DNA from: a virus
Length of the DNA stretch: 64,000 nucleotides
Virus record (IMG/VR): IMGVR_UViG_3300025030_001282
Coordinates: 1 to 64,000 of that record
Reading direction: 5' to 3' (one strand)
Shown: one piece after another, positions 8,189 to 18,800 of the stretch
How the letters are laid out: the number at the start of each line of letters is the position of its first letter
Numbering within the stretch: position 1 is the first letter of the stretch
Translations under genes and position numbers: made by a program
Notes under the pieces: model-generated
Seen by the model: the letters and a program-made list of their open reading frames with translations, nothing else
Databases searched by the model: none
Told to the model about the DNA's origin: nothing

Positions 8189-10369
8189 ATGCCGCACAGG
8201 AAGAGAAGATTGCTTAGTTTGATGGACGTAGCGATGGGCCGGGTCTGGGTACGCCTACCCCGCTGCAGCAGCAAGCCGCTCCAAGCCGCGCTCCGGGCAG
8301 GAAATCCGATTGACCGCACCAGGACGTTCATCGGCACGCTCCTGGATCCGGGCTACCGCGACGAGTCCGCCGCGATCTTCAAGAAGGAGGAGCTGGCGCG
8401 GTTCATGGACGGTAACCTCGGTGTAGCGTATATCATGTCCGGCACCCAGGCGGGCAAGACCGCAGGCGAAGACGTCGCCAGGGCCTTTTCCCTGAAGCAC
8501 CTGCAGCCCCGCACGCTCGCGCCGGGCGAGATGCTGCAGGAAGGCCAGTGCGTAGGCTGCCACGTGCCGCCCGAGAAGCACGAGCCCGGTTGCTCCTTGG
8601 ATTGCCTGGGACCGGAGACGCACGGCCCGCATATCGAGACGATGGCAGCGCCGCCACCCGACACCCCCTACCCTGGCCCCAGCGCACCAACCGGGGAACC
8701 GATCAACACCTGTAGCGCTGCACCGGTACCGGACAAGGCAAAGGAGCAGACCATCGAAGAAATGTGCATGACCTGGAAGAACGCGATGCCCCTGCACAAC
8801 GCCAGCAACGCGGTCAACGACCATATCAGGAGCCTTATGGCCCAGGTTTACGACCACAGCGTCGCGCCCAGGGTGAAGCTCATCAACTTCCTGAAGCAGG
8901 AGAGCGCCACCCGCCTAGATGACATCACCAAGATAGCGCTCAGCCAGATGCAAGAGCGGAAGGACGCCACCGAGCAGATCAAGGGCCTACAGGAGCGCTT
9001 CGGCGACCTCCAGGCTAAATACCGCGAGCTGTTCGCGGCCCCCAGGAGAGCGCTCAGGAAAATCGGGGTAGCCGAGGAGGGCCTGCCGAAGACCCACGAA
9101 ATGGTTATCGGCATGGTCGACTGGATGGCCTCAGAAATAGAAGCGGACCACCTCTCCATCGACGGGCTCAACGCACAGATCAATGAACTGCGGCTGCACC
9201 CACCCCTGAGCGCCAACGCAGAGTTGCTGTTAGAGCTGGGCAGGGTGAGGATGGAGCTGGAGAGGCTGAAAGCCGACGCTCCCTCCCCCGGCGACCGCAT
9301 CATCACTGCAAAGGAGCACGACAAGCTGCTGGCGATCGAGCGCGGACACCAGCAGGACAAGACGACCGCCCGGCTTGCCACCCAGGAGAACTACAGCCTC
9401 CACGAGCAAATGAAGCTCATTACCGCCGCGCTGAAGCGGGCAGGCGTCGAGCACCCCCAGGGAGTCCAGCACATCGGCGTGACCGACCTCGCCACCAGAT
9501 ACATCGAGACGGCGGAGAGCGAGAACGCCTGCGAAATACTGCGCCAATCGATCGACAGCATCAGGCAAGCCGTGGGCCTCGACAAGGACGCCTGGGTGAC
9601 CGACATTCTGGAGATGATCAAGCAACGGGCTGAACACTTCAGGAACATGAAGGATAGGACGGACAGCGTCGCTCGGATCCTGCTGCCGCACAAAGGGGAG
9701 GCGGCCACCACTGCCGACGTCGTCGTAGAGATCGAGCGCCTGCAGGAAGCCGCGAAGCCGATCTACGGAGAGAGCCCGCTGGGCAAGCTCCTCCCGATAT
9801 ACCAAGCGCTGACCAGGATCACCGACCAGCTTGAACTCCAGGTGATGAACACCCACGCCAACGCCCCCGAGCTGTTGGTCCAGGTGATCTGCGAAGAGAT
9901 TCAGAAGCTGCAAAAGGGACAGATGCAGAGAGCCTACATGGAACTGGCCGAGGAAATCGACATGATCGCGGCAGCCCTGGACAAGACATGCTTGGCGAGC
10001 AACTTCACAACCACCGAAATCTGCCGCCACATCCACCAGGGCATACGAAGCCTGAAGAAAGCCGCCGCGCACCGCAGCCTCACCCTGAAGATCGCGGCGC
10101 TCCGCAACATCGTCCTGCGGAAGGCCCCGCACGCCAGCAACTGCCACCCCGCCAACGTCTTCAAGCGGCCCTGCACCTGCTGGAAGGACGAGTTCATGGC
10201 CGAGGCCGACCGAATCCCGGAAGACAAGACGGGAGCAGCTAAGGCCTGCCCGCACACGCACGAAGCGCCCACTATGGTGGACTGCATGCGCTGCGGTACG
10301 GAGGGATGCCCCCTGCGGTTCGGCGAGCCCAACGGGCAACCGTACACCGCCAAGGGAACCATCGAATGA
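8189..10369 (+). CDS. Large coiled-coil hypothetical protein
   Basis: 726-aa ORF, AAGGAGG RBS, coiled-coil and Cys clusters. Confidence 0.75.
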   Translation: MPHRKRRLLSLMDVAMGRVWVRLPRCSSKPLQAALRAGNPIDRTRTFIGTLLDPGYRDESAAIFKKEELARFMDGNLGVAYIMSGTQAGKTAGEDVARAFSLKHLQPRTLAPGEMLQEGQCVGCHVPPEKHEPGCSLDCLGPETHGPHIETMAAPPPDTPYPGPSAPTGEPINTCSAAPVPDKAKEQTIEEMCMTWKNAMPLHNASNAVNDHIRSLMAQVYDHSVAPRVKLINFLKQESATRLDDITKIALSQMQERKDATEQIKGLQERFGDLQAKYRELFAAPRRALRKIGVAEEGLPKTHEMVIGMVDWMASEIEADHLSIDGLNAQINELRLHPPLSANAELLLELGRVRMELERLKADAPSPGDRIITAKEHDKLLAIERGHQQDKTTARLATQENYSLHEQMKLITAALKRAGVEHPQGVQHIGVTDLATRYIETAESENACEILRQSIDSIRQAVGLDKDAWVTDILEMIKQRAEHFRNMKDRTDSVARILLPHKGEAATTADVVVEIERLQEAAKPIYGESPLGKLLPIYQALTRITDQLELQVMNTHANAPELLVQVICEEIQKLQKGQMQRAYMELAEEIDMIAAALDKTCLASNFTTTEICRHIHQGIRSLKKAAAHRSLTLKIAALRNIVLRKAPHASNCHPANVFKRPCTCWKDEFMAEADRIPEDKTGAAKACPHTHEAPTMVDCMRCGTEGCPLRFGEPNGQPYTAKGTIE

Positions 10370-10629
10370 GCAGCAGGAAGGCAGCATCGGAAATGTGGTG
10401 GGCAGGCTACTGCGCCTGCATGGCAACCATCATCCTGGCAGGAGAGGCAAAAGCGATCCTGACCGGGAACCCGGCCTGCGGAGACGCATCGTGCCACCAC
10501 CAATGGTACACGATCCCGGCAGCACTGCTGCTCCTCTGCTACGCAGCAGGCAAGAGCAAGCGAGCAGAGAAGCAGATCGAAGCGACCACCTTTGAGATGG
10601 TCGAGCCGGAAGGAAGGAGGAAGGCATGA
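10366..10629 (+). CDS. Small membrane protein
   Basis: Two hydrophobic segments; ATGA overlaps. Confidence 0.6.
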   Translation: MSSRKAASEMWWAGYCACMATIILAGEAKAILTGNPACGDASCHHQWYTIPAALLLLCYAAGKSKRAEKQIEATTFEMVEPEGRRKA

Positions 10630-11066
10630 CCCCGCTACCCCAGATAAGGCTCCGGGCCTGGGACAAAGCCGCCAGCCACATGGTCTACGATTTCTCCGAG
10701 GGGATCCAGGGGACAACGCTGGAATACGTGCTGATCCAGCGGGAAGACCTGAGCATCGCCATCATGCGGGAGGGAGACGGTACGATCCTCCCCACCATGC
10801 TGGCCACCGGGCGCACCGGACGCCACAAGAAGGACATCTGGCAAGGGGATATCGTGAAGATACCCCTGGGCGACAGCAGCCACGTCACCCGGCAGATCGT
10901 CTGGGACCGCGACGGCTGGAAAACGCACCTCCTGCCAAAGAAGGGAGACTGCGAGCACTGCAAAGGGAAGCCCACCAGGGAGAACCTTGGCACCTGGGCG
11001 AAGATGGAGGTGATCGGGAACATCTATCAGAACCCGGAGTACCAGGATCCAGGAGTGCCTGGGTAA
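10626..11066 (+). CDS. YopX family protein
   Basis: RAWDK...IWQGDIV...EVIGNIYQNPE. Confidence 0.85.
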   Translation: MTPLPQIRLRAWDKAASHMVYDFSEGIQGTTLEYVLIQREDLSIAIMREGDGTILPTMLATGRTGRHKKDIWQGDIVKIPLGDSSHVTRQIVWDRDGWKTHLLPKKGDCEHCKGKPTRENLGTWAKMEVIGNIYQNPEYQDPGVPG

Positions 11067-11171
11067 CGGAGCACTGTAGCGCATAGCAAATAATGTGTAG
11101 CGTATAACAACAAAAGGTGCTATTTTCTCGCCGAGAGAATACGCACCTTTTGTATTTCAAGGGGACCACTG

Positions 11172-11345
11172 ATGGCACAGAAACCAAAGAGATACGGCCA
11201 GGGCCTGGAGACGATAACCGACCCGGAGCAGATGTACACGATCATCATCCGGCTGCCGCGCAGCAAGACCAGCACCAGGGGAAGCGCGGAGTACCGGCGC
11301 ACCCTGCGCGGGATCATTGCCCGGTGCGAGGACCAACTGAAATGA
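11172..11345 (+). CDS. 57-aa basic protein (not in the ORF track)
   Basis: AAGGGG RBS, MAQKPKRY...EDQLK, ATGA overlap with lar. Confidence 0.6.
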   Translation: MAQKPKRYGQGLETITDPEQMYTIIIRLPRSKTSTRGSAEYRRTLRGIIARCEDQLK

Positions 11346-11590
11346 CCGATACCAAAACCATCGAGGTGGATGAGCTGATGCCTTGCCCCTTCTGCGGCGG
11401 AAAGGCTGAGATCGCAGAGTCTTTCGAGGGCGACGATGGGCTCTACGATATCTGGAAGATTTCATGCAACGAGTGCCCTGCTGAAATGCGAGGCGAGCGA
11501 GCACGGGTCATAGGCGACGGACGCACAGTAGGAAGCGACGAGCGGGAGGCTATTGTTGACTCGTGGAACTCAAGGAGGTGCGGCGAATGA
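11342..11590 (+). CDS. Lar-family restriction alleviation protein
   Basis: LMPCPFCGG...CNEC...AIVDSWNSR. Confidence 0.8.
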   Translation: MTDTKTIEVDELMPCPFCGGKAEIAESFEGDDGLYDIWKISCNECPAEMRGERARVIGDGRTVGSDEREAIVDSWNSRRCGE

Positions 11591-11922
11591 GGAAGCGCTG
11601 GCGGTTCCTGACGGCGAAGCCGGGCGAGCTCAGGGCGGGATGGGGGGCAGTACAGTTCGACAAGCCGGACCTTTGCACGGCATGGGGAGGCGAAGGGGCC
11701 GACCGGGCAGACAGCAGCCTGCTGATGCACTTCCTATCCACAAAGTTCCACCAGCTCGACATAACCGATTGCCAGTACAGACCAGCACCATCCCTCCTCC
11801 AGGAACTGGAAAAGAGAGGCTACGACATCACCACCCTGAAGTTCAGCATCCAGCAAAAGAGACAGGTTGTCCCGGAGCCTTCCACCAGTGAAGGAAACGA
11901 CGAGCGCAAGGAGACACCGTGA
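11587..11922 (+). CDS. Hypothetical protein
   Basis: AGGAGG RBS; ELEKRGYDITTLKFSI. Confidence 0.65.
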   Translation: MRKRWRFLTAKPGELRAGWGAVQFDKPDLCTAWGGEGADRADSSLLMHFLSTKFHQLDITDCQYRPAPSLLQELEKRGYDITTLKFSIQQKRQVVPEPSTSEGNDERKETP

Positions 11923-12902
11923 GAGTAGGCCTCATAGATTTTGATGGAAGAATACCGAACGTCGCACTGATGAAGCTGGCCACCTACCACAAGGAGCGCG
12001 GGGACACCGTGGTCCTAAACGACTTCCGACCGAGTGACGTCGACGCGGTGTTTTGCAGCGTCATTTTCTCGAAGAACAAGGCGAAGGCCTCCGCGCTGGC
12101 CGGGCTGTTCCCCCAGATCGAGTTCGGCGGCACCGGCTGGGATATCACGAAGACCCTACCCGCCGAGGTAGAGGCCTGCCGCCCTGACTATGACCTGTAC
12201 CAGACAAAGGACATTCTCCCGCGCCTGAAGGGGATCATGAAGGCAGCGACGAAGCAGGCGAAGGTGCAGACCCTCCTGGACGCCGGTATCGGCTTCACCA
12301 CCCGTGGCTGCGTGCGCACCTGCGAATTCTGCGCGGTGCCCAAGAAGGAGGGAGCCCTGCATTCGGTCGGCTCGATCGGCGAGTTGCTGAACCCCAGGTC
12401 AAACGTCCTGATCCTCTTGGACAACAATCTGACCGCTGATCCGGATTGCCTGGAGAAGCTGCGCGAGTGCAAAGAGCGGAACCTGACCCTGGACATTACC
12501 CAGGGGATAGACGTGCGCTTTGTGACGCCCGAGATCGCCCAGGCGCTTGCCGAGGTGAAGCACCTGCGCTCGGTGCATTACGCCTGGGACTTGATGCCGT
12601 TCGAGCACAAGGTGATGGAGGGCATTGAAGCCCTGCTGCAGCACGTGAGCGCCTGGAGGCACCTCTGCTTTACCCTGGTCGGATTCAATACCACCTTTGA
12701 GGAGGACATGTACCGGGTCCGGCGTCTGGTAGAGATGAAAATCACCCCCTACGTGATGGTCTACAACCAGAACAGCGACCTGCGGCTCTTCCACTTCAAG
12801 CGCTGGGTCAATGGCCGATTCCACAAGGCCTGCTCCTTCGAGGAGTACACGCCCTGGGTCAGGGACCGCGCCAGCTATGCCCCGCTCCTGCTGAATGCCT
12901 GA
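11919..12902 (+). CDS. Radical SAM protein
   Basis: RGCVRTCEFC (CxxxCxxC), PNVALMKL, LLDNN. Confidence 0.85.
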   Translation: MRVGLIDFDGRIPNVALMKLATYHKERGDTVVLNDFRPSDVDAVFCSVIFSKNKAKASALAGLFPQIEFGGTGWDITKTLPAEVEACRPDYDLYQTKDILPRLKGIMKAATKQAKVQTLLDAGIGFTTRGCVRTCEFCAVPKKEGALHSVGSIGELLNPRSNVLILLDNNLTADPDCLEKLRECKERNLTLDITQGIDVRFVTPEIAQALAEVKHLRSVHYAWDLMPFEHKVMEGIEALLQHVSAWRHLCFTLVGFNTTFEEDMYRVRRLVEMKITPYVMVYNQNSDLRLFHFKRWVNGRFHKACSFEEYTPWVRDRASYAPLLLNA

Positions 12903-12971
12903 CAAGTATCATCTTGCGGCGGTGCCTTACTGATTGGGAAGGCACTGACCACAGCACCCAGGGGGGACACC

Positions 12972-13187
12972 ATGAGAACAGATTGCGCGGGACACAACTG
13001 GTTCGAGACTGTTGAAGATGCGCTTATTTCCGAACACCCCGGCCTGCTTGTTTTGGCCCCCAGCTTCGCAGAACTAGAGCCCGGCAAAAGGCTTGAGATG
13101 TTCTGGCTTGAGCAGGACAGGGTAGTAGCGGTTTCCCGTGACATCACGGGACGCTGGGAGCGCCCGGTTCACTACTCGATTCACTAA
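12972..13187 (+). CDS. Hypothetical protein
   Basis: GGGGGA RBS. Confidence 0.5.
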   Translation: MRTDCAGHNWFETVEDALISEHPGLLVLAPSFAELEPGKRLEMFWLEQDRVVAVSRDITGRWERPVHYSIH

Positions 13188-13233
13188 CCAACCCCGCGCA
13201 GCCGGTCGCCAATAACCGGCTAAGGAGATTGAG

Positions 13234-13566
13234 ATGGCACAGCACACCCACGGCCCCTGGCGGCGTGAGATGCACGACAACGGAGCCTTTGATATCAAGG
13301 CAGACGACATCGTCGACGGCAAAGTGCTGCGCACCTACACCATCGCGAGCCGCAACCCCTGGACGGCAAACGCAGAGGAGAGCGAAGCGAACGCACGGCT
13401 CCTCGCGTCAGCACCCAACCTGCTCGCGGCAGCGCAGATGGCCTACGACGCATGGATGATGCCCGCAGGGGAGTTTGAGAAGAAGTACCCCGCCAACTCC
13501 AGCCACGAAGCCGTCGAGATGGCTCTTTATATGGCGTTACAGGAAGCGAAAGGAGAACCAGCATGA
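13234..13566 (+). CDS. HTPGPW-type conserved phage protein
   Basis: HTHGPW...ANARLLASAPNLL. Confidence 0.7.
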   Translation: MAQHTHGPWRREMHDNGAFDIKADDIVDGKVLRTYTIASRNPWTANAEESEANARLLASAPNLLAAAQMAYDAWMMPAGEFEKKYPANSSHEAVEMALYMALQEAKGEPA

Positions 13567-14000
13567 GCACGCACGCCCCAGGCCCTCTGCACATAGGCAA
13601 GTATCCGACATCCGTCATAGCCGCCGATGGATTCCCGCTCGCGGACGTCGAAGAGTTCCCGGTCCTTGAGAATTTGGAAGAACTTGGCATCCGCCACTGG
13701 AGTGAGGCACCCGGCAAGGCCTCCATCGAGAGGCCGGAAGGAGAGTCAGCGGCTAGCGCACGGCGTATCGTGGCAACCTGGAACGCCTGCGACGGGATCC
13801 CGACCGAGGCGCTGGAGTGCCAGACCAAAAAGGGCCTCACCAAGCAGTTGATCGAGAACAACTGCGAACTGCTGACGACGCTGGAGGGGTGTATGAAAGC
13901 GCTGGCTCGGATGATCGACAAGCACGACCCCGATAGCATAGAGGCCGAGTGGATCGGCCACGCCAACGAGGCGATCCTCAACGCGAAGAGGGAGAAGTAG
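13563..14000 (+). CDS. HTPGPW-type conserved phage protein (paralogue of the upstream gene)
   Basis: HAPGPL...SARRIVATWNACDGIPTEAL. Confidence 0.7.
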   Translation: MSTHAPGPLHIGKYPTSVIAADGFPLADVEEFPVLENLEELGIRHWSEAPGKASIERPEGESAASARRIVATWNACDGIPTEALECQTKKGLTKQLIENNCELLTTLEGCMKALARMIDKHDPDSIEAEWIGHANEAILNAKREK

Positions 14001-14207
14001 ATGGCACCCACCAAGAAGAACTACGCGAAGGTGAAGGTCTGGGGCGAGCGGATAACCTGGACCGGCGAAGGCCCCCTGATGGCCGTAATCCAGCAGATGT
14101 TCACGAGCGTCCCGCACGACAACCACGAGTACCTGCTCAAGAAGCTGCAGGAAACCAGCGACGACATCAAGGCCGCTGCTGCCGAGACGAAGGGGGAAGG
14201 GGCATGA
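14001..14207 (+). CDS. Hypothetical protein
   Basis: Abuts upstream stop codon, RBS. Confidence 0.6.
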   Translation: MAPTKKNYAKVKVWGERITWTGEGPLMAVIQQMFTSVPHDNHEYLLKKLQETSDDIKAAAAETKGEGA

Positions 14208-14989
14208 GCGCCAACAAGAAGCCGGACACGATGAACCCCACCACATTCAGGAAAGAACTCGTCAAGATCATGCCCGGCTTCGACTGGACGGTCCACAAGA
14301 CGAGCAAGGGCTTCACCTACATATCCGCGACGGGGATCCAGACGGGCGGGTTCAACAGGCTCGCCACGCTGCAAGTAGTCTGGAGGGAGCGGAACGGAGT
14401 ACCGGAGTACGAGGTCAAAAGCTCCGGCTACGGTAAGAAAACGCCCTGGTTGAGCGAGGCAACACGCGGGACTCTCGCCCAGGCGCTCCGAGCACTGCAA
14501 GACCATTACCAGGACAAGGCATCAACATACGGATGCCAGGCGAGAACCCTGCAAAGCGCTCGCATGAGCAAGGTCAAGAGCGCAAAGCAGGGATCGGTGC
14601 TCGTGGAGATCATGACCGAGCGGCACCGCCAAGACGAGAAGTGGGGAGGCCCCGAACACGACGATGGCCACGCCACCACCCACTTCCTCAACTTCATCCA
14701 GGACCGCGTCAAGGAAGCGCACACCCAGGGGACTACCCCCGCCGCCAGAAAGAACCTCATCGAGATTGCCGCGCTGGCGGTCGCCGCAGCCGAATCCATG
14801 GACCGGAAGGCACTGCGTGCCCCGCAGGAAGCCACCGTGGAACCTGCAATGGACCCGGCCTGCTACTACGCGAAGGTCTGCGGATTCGACCCGGCAGATT
14901 GCCCGGTATGCGGGGACCGCAAGTCGCTGCCCGCCGACGGCATCTACTACAGCGACGAGATCGGCAAGCCCCAGGAGGACGAGGCATGA
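14204..14989 (+). CDS. Hypothetical protein (C-terminal [10 protein letters not shown]...[11 protein letters not shown] helical domain)
   Basis: ATGA overlap; start chosen inside ORF 13949..14989. Confidence 0.65.
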   Translation: MSANKKPDTMNPTTFRKELVKIMPGFDWTVHKTSKGFTYISATGIQTGGFNRLATLQVVWRERNGVPEYEVKSSGYGKKTPWLSEATRGTLAQALRALQDHYQDKASTYGCQARTLQSARMSKVKSAKQGSVLVEIMTERHRQDEKWGGPEHDDGHATTHFLNFIQDRVKEAHTQGTTPAARKNLIEIAALAVAAAESMDRKALRAPQEATVEPAMDPACYYAKVCGFDPADCPVCGDRKSLPADGIYYSDEIGKPQEDEA

Positions 14990-15312
14990 TCCACATCAGC
15001 AGCCGCAGCGGCCACGAGATGCTGACCGAGGAAGAATTCAAGGAGCGCCACCCGGCCCTTGCTGCCGCCCTGAGCGCCCCGGCCCCCTACAAGAAGCACG
15101 GAGAGCAGATGAAGCGGCTCCGCAAGGCCGCCGACATGACCATCATGGATCTGGCGAAGGCCTGCGGCTGGAAACTGGAGTTCACCTCCGGGCTCGAAAC
15201 GGGCAGGTACGAGCCGACCCAGGACCAGATCGACCTGTACCAATCCAAGATCGCGGAGCGCCGGGCACAGATGGACAGCCAGAGAGGAGCATGCACATGC
15301 CGAAAGCCGTGA
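14986..15312 (+). CDS. XRE-family HTH protein
   Basis: [23 protein letters not shown]...LETGRYEP. Confidence 0.75.
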   Translation: MIHISSRSGHEMLTEEEFKERHPALAAALSAPAPYKKHGEQMKRLRKAADMTIMDLAKACGWKLEFTSGLETGRYEPTQDQIDLYQSKIAERRAQMDSQRGACTCRKP

Positions 15313-15878
15313 ATGAGCAGTGGATCAAGGGAATCCCCGCAGTGGTCGAGCCCGACCGCCTCTATGCGGTCATGGGCAAGCCCAACTCGGGATACTCCGT
15401 CGGCGTCGTGATCCGGGGAGAGGATTGCAACTGGAGAGCCCAGGACATCATCGGGCACTACCCCCTCCCCCTGACCATGAACAGCGCTGAGGCCAGCCGG
15501 ATCCAGCGCACAGGGCAGTACAGCTGGCCAGCCCCCGCTACCTTTGTGCAGCAGTACCAGCAGGAGCCCTACAACGAGTCCCAGTCGGAACGCAGCCACG
15601 CCGAGCGGGTGATGGAGATGATCGAGCAGACGCCCGACGGCGTAGCGGTGCCTGAGCTGGAAGACGAGCTCTACCAGGAGGCGGTCAGGACCGTCCGCGA
15701 GGTGGCCCCGACCAACGGCGGCAGGGCCAGCATCAGCGCCCTACAGCGTCGTCTCCGGATTGGCTACAACCGGGCATACCGGCTGATGGACGCTATGGAG
15801 AAAGCGGGCGTCGTCAGAACAACCGACAGCGTCATGGGGCACCGTGGGGTGCTCCCCGCCCAGGAACTGCAGGCTTGA
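15297..15878 (+). CDS. Protein with FtsK gamma (winged-helix) domain
   Basis: DELYQEAV...[30 protein letters not shown]. Confidence 0.85.
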   Translation: MPKAVNEQWIKGIPAVVEPDRLYAVMGKPNSGYSVGVVIRGEDCNWRAQDIIGHYPLPLTMNSAEASRIQRTGQYSWPAPATFVQQYQQEPYNESQSERSHAERVMEMIEQTPDGVAVPELEDELYQEAVRTVREVAPTNGGRASISALQRRLRIGYNRAYRLMDAMEKAGVVRTTDSVMGHRGVLPAQELQA

Positions 15879-16102
15879 GCCAGAGGCCAGCACAGAGAGA
15901 CGAAACGCTCAACGAGTACCGCTGCACCTTCCCGGAGCTGTACCCGAAGCCTGCAGCCGGTTACAAAGACCCGAAGCACCGCCAGGGGCACTACGTGGAC
16001 GCCAGAAGCGAGGATGAGGCCCAGGAGATCATGCGGAAGCGGTATCCGCACGGGACGCAGGTGATCGAGGCGGAGCTGGTCAAGAAAGGGAGGAAGGCAT
16101 AA
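15875..16102 (+). CDS. Hypothetical protein
   Basis: TTGA overlap, codon bias. Confidence 0.55.
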   Translation: MSQRPAQRDETLNEYRCTFPELYPKPAAGYKDPKHRQGHYVDARSEDEAQEIMRKRYPHGTQVIEAELVKKGRKA

Positions 16103-16449
16103 TGCGAGGACACGCATTCGAATCATCCTGCGACACGTTGCGCGACATGGGGTATTTCGGCGACCCGGAGCCGGACGACGAGGATCGGGACTTCAAGGTG
16201 CTCCAGGACACCACGCACGTGGCGAAGAAACCGCACCGCTGCGACGCCGGTCTCACGATCGAGCCGGGCACCACGTACCACAAGCTGGTGGTGATCGAGG
16301 AAGGGCACTTCACCATCCACAAGAGCTGCATGGGCAACGTCTGCGGCCCCTGCATGGATAAGGAGTTCCAGGACCGCACCAAGGCGATGGGAGAGAGCTG
16401 CGTCGAGGCCGATCAGCAGGCCCGCCAGGAGGACGCATGGGATTTCTAG
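16102..16449 (+). CDS. Hypothetical Cys/His protein
   Basis: GGAGG RBS; AKKPHRCD...IEPG motif. Confidence 0.6.
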   Translation: MRGHAFESSCDTLRDMGYFGDPEPDDEDRDFKVLQDTTHVAKKPHRCDAGLTIEPGTTYHKLVVIEEGHFTIHKSCMGNVCGPCMDKEFQDRTKAMGESCVEADQQARQEDAWDF

Positions 16450-16781
16450 CGTGCCCCAACACCGTCACAGAGATAGCCAGGGAAGCAGGCCGAGACTATA
16501 TCACCCCCGAGGACGTCCAGGCGGCCATGGACCTCTACGGCAGGGACGACCCGCACCGGATCAGGATCGACGTGCTGGAGGTTCTGGGCAAGGCATCGCC
16601 GTATCGAGCCGAGGACGCGACAGCCTGCGCCCGTGTCGCCTATGACGGTCCGGAGCCCTTTGTCGGCCCGCTGCAGGTGATCTGCCGGAATGGTGGCACC
16701 AAGTACGGGACACCGTGCCAGGGGCACAGCCCTCGAGGCTGTAAGAGCTCCAGGGACTGCACACACAACTACTTTTTCTGA
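16437..16781 (+). CDS. Hypothetical protein
   Basis: Operon context; start uncertain. Confidence 0.5.
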   Translation: MGFLACPNTVTEIAREAGRDYITPEDVQAAMDLYGRDDPHRIRIDVLEVLGKASPYRAEDATACARVAYDGPEPFVGPLQVICRNGGTKYGTPCQGHSPRGCKSSRDCTHNYFF

Positions 16782-16791
16782 GGAGACGACG

Positions 16792-17274
16792 ATGGCCACA
16801 CAAGCAAAGGGGGAACTGCGGCCCTACCGGGTTAAGCAGCTCGGCGATTCAGAAGACTACTGCGTGATCTACAACGCACGGTCCAGGTCGCAGGCGAAGT
16901 ACTTCTACTGGCTCTACACGCTGGAGTCGAACGACCCGTACAAGGAGTACCTGCCCTACCTGCACGCCCGCGTTGCAGGCGGGGACTGCTACCCGACCAG
17001 CGAGGGCTTCAAGCGCAACGCGAAGTACCGCAATATCGAGTTCGCCTACTGCGGCATGCGCGTGCTCCAGGGCGGCAGGATGGGGACCATCGTCGGCCAC
17101 AATGACAGCGCCAACCTGGACGTGCTGTTCGACGAGTGGAACACCCCGAGCAACTGCCACCCCTGGTGGGACATTACCTACTTCAACAAGAACGGCGGCA
17201 TCATCCGCAGGTATATCCAGGGAGACCGGGACCGCAGCGTCGAGCCCCAGGCCCAGCAGGCGGCCACGGCATGA
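16792..17274 (+). CDS. Hypothetical protein with SH3-like C-terminal part
   Basis: GAGGAG RBS; GMRV...GTIVG...ANLDVLFD...CHPWW. Confidence 0.65.
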   Translation: MATQAKGELRPYRVKQLGDSEDYCVIYNARSRSQAKYFYWLYTLESNDPYKEYLPYLHARVAGGDCYPTSEGFKRNAKYRNIEFAYCGMRVLQGGRMGTIVGHNDSANLDVLFDEWNTPSNCHPWWDITYFNKNGGIIRRYIQGDRDRSVEPQAQQAATA

Positions 17275-18029
17275 AGGAGTGGATATACCAGATCAAGGGC
17301 AAGGAAACCGGCAGCGGCTTCGGCAACTGGTCCTGGCCACCGCTCGCCTCGAACATGGTGGTAGCGCCCGACCGGAAAACCGCCAAGGCCATGATCGAGG
17401 AGGAGTACGGTCGCACCTTCCCCACCAGGGTGCTGCAGGCTGACCTGGACAGCAACGAGTTCCTGCTGAGCCTGAAGGAGATCAAGGCCGACGACCATTT
17501 CACCCGGAGGCTGTTCGAGGTCACGCTTTGCAAGCACTGCGACAAGCCGTTCAAGATTATCGAGAAGTACCGCTTCGGCAACCCAGGGGGAGGCTCGGAC
17601 TACTGCAGCACCGAGTGCTCGAAGGCCCACGCGGTCGAGAACGGGGACTACTTCAGCGAGGTATGGCGCAGCACGCCCCCCGTGATCTACCGGATCACCA
17701 ATAAGGCCACCGGCCAGTGCTACATCGGGAAGACCCGGCAGGTTTTCACTTTGCGCTGGTACCAGCATTTCTTCCAGGGATGCGACACGAAGTTCCACCG
17801 GGCGATCAAGGACACGTCGATCACCGATTGGACCTTCGAGGTGATCGAGATAGTGAACGTGCCCAGCCAACTGAGCCTTGCTGAGAGCGACGCCTTTATA
17901 TCCGAGCGCGAGAAGCACCACATCGCCGCCCACAGCAGCGTCGTGAACGGCTACAACACCCAGGGACCGACCGAGATAAACGGCGAATTGTTCAGCGAGC
18001 CATCAGCCTGCTGCGCCGCCTTACAGTAG
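17271..18029 (+). CDS. GIY-YIG nuclease domain protein
   Basis: VIYRITNKATGQCYIGKT...R...E...GYN. Confidence 0.8.
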   Translation: MKEWIYQIKGKETGSGFGNWSWPPLASNMVVAPDRKTAKAMIEEEYGRTFPTRVLQADLDSNEFLLSLKEIKADDHFTRRLFEVTLCKHCDKPFKIIEKYRFGNPGGGSDYCSTECSKAHAVENGDYFSEVWRSTPPVIYRITNKATGQCYIGKTRQVFTLRWYQHFFQGCDTKFHRAIKDTSITDWTFEVIEIVNVPSQLSLAESDAFISEREKHHIAAHSSVVNGYNTQGPTEINGELFSEPSACCAALQ

Positions 18030-18053
18030 GAAAGAAACGAGGAGGCACACGCG

Positions 18054-18293
18054 ATGGCACACCAGGGAGATTTGTTTTTTGACGCGGAAGCATACTGGCG
18101 CGACAAGCCGTTCAAGAAGTGGGTGGTTTACCTCTCGAAAGGCAGCGGCAAGAAGCCGGACACCAGGATCATGTACATAGGAGCGGCCACCGAGGAGAAG
18201 GCTATCGCCTGCGCCAAAAGGCACTGCGTGCTCACTGGCAGGATCCAGGGCCGGGCACGGCTCGCAACCCCCACCGACCTCGGCTGTAAATAG
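18054..18293 (+). CDS. Hypothetical protein
   Basis: GGAGG RBS. Confidence 0.6.
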   Translation: MAHQGDLFFDAEAYWRDKPFKKWVVYLSKGSGKKPDTRIMYIGAATEEKAIACAKRHCVLTGRIQGRARLATPTDLGCK

Positions 18294-18311
18294 ACAACAG
18301 GAGAAGACAAG

Positions 18312-18743
18312 ATGCCCAAGAAGCCCCTCCATATCGGAACCTCGCCGCTCACCAACCGCATTTACGCCGGGCACGTCCTGAAAGACGGCCAGACCTGGGC
18401 AGCGGACAAGGAAGACGTAACCGGAGCCGCCTGCGCCGCCGTAGCCCAGCACGTGCTGAAGAACGACGACCCCGTGGTGGTGACCGCCAATGGCAAGCCC
18501 AAGTACGAGATCACTGCGAAAGACCTCCAGAGCCCCATCCATGCACCGGCACCCAAGGACGCCGTATGGGTGGTCCACTTGATCGGTCCGGACGACGTAA
18601 TCGACCAGCCGGACGAATTGACCGCACTTCGGGAAGCGAACAAACTCAACATCGGCTTGGCTCGGAGGCGTGCAGAGGATCCTTCGGACAATGACCCGCA
18701 TTGCTGGGCGGTCGTAAAGGATGCATCGGTGGAGTCGGTTTGA
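18312..18743 (+). CDS. Hypothetical protein
   Basis: AGGAG RBS; SPLTNRIYAG motif. Confidence 0.65.
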   Translation: MPKKPLHIGTSPLTNRIYAGHVLKDGQTWAADKEDVTGAACAAVAQHVLKNDDPVVVTANGKPKYEITAKDLQSPIHAPAPKDAVWVVHLIGPDDVIDQPDELTALREANKLNIGLARRRAEDPSDNDPHCWAVVKDASVESV

Positions 18744-18800
18744 CGCCAGCTCGCGCAAAACGCACGCTATGCGTGCAAAAACGACGAAAAGGGAGCAGAA

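Noticed and set aside
11075-11110. Tandem motif copies as a mini-CRISPR or iteron origin
   Set aside because: Only two 15-bp copies with a 6-bp gap; no cas or rep gene adjacent
17271-18029. GIY-YIG gene as an intron-encoded homing endonuclease
   Set aside because: Translationally coupled to the upstream gene; no interrupted host gene or intron structure seen
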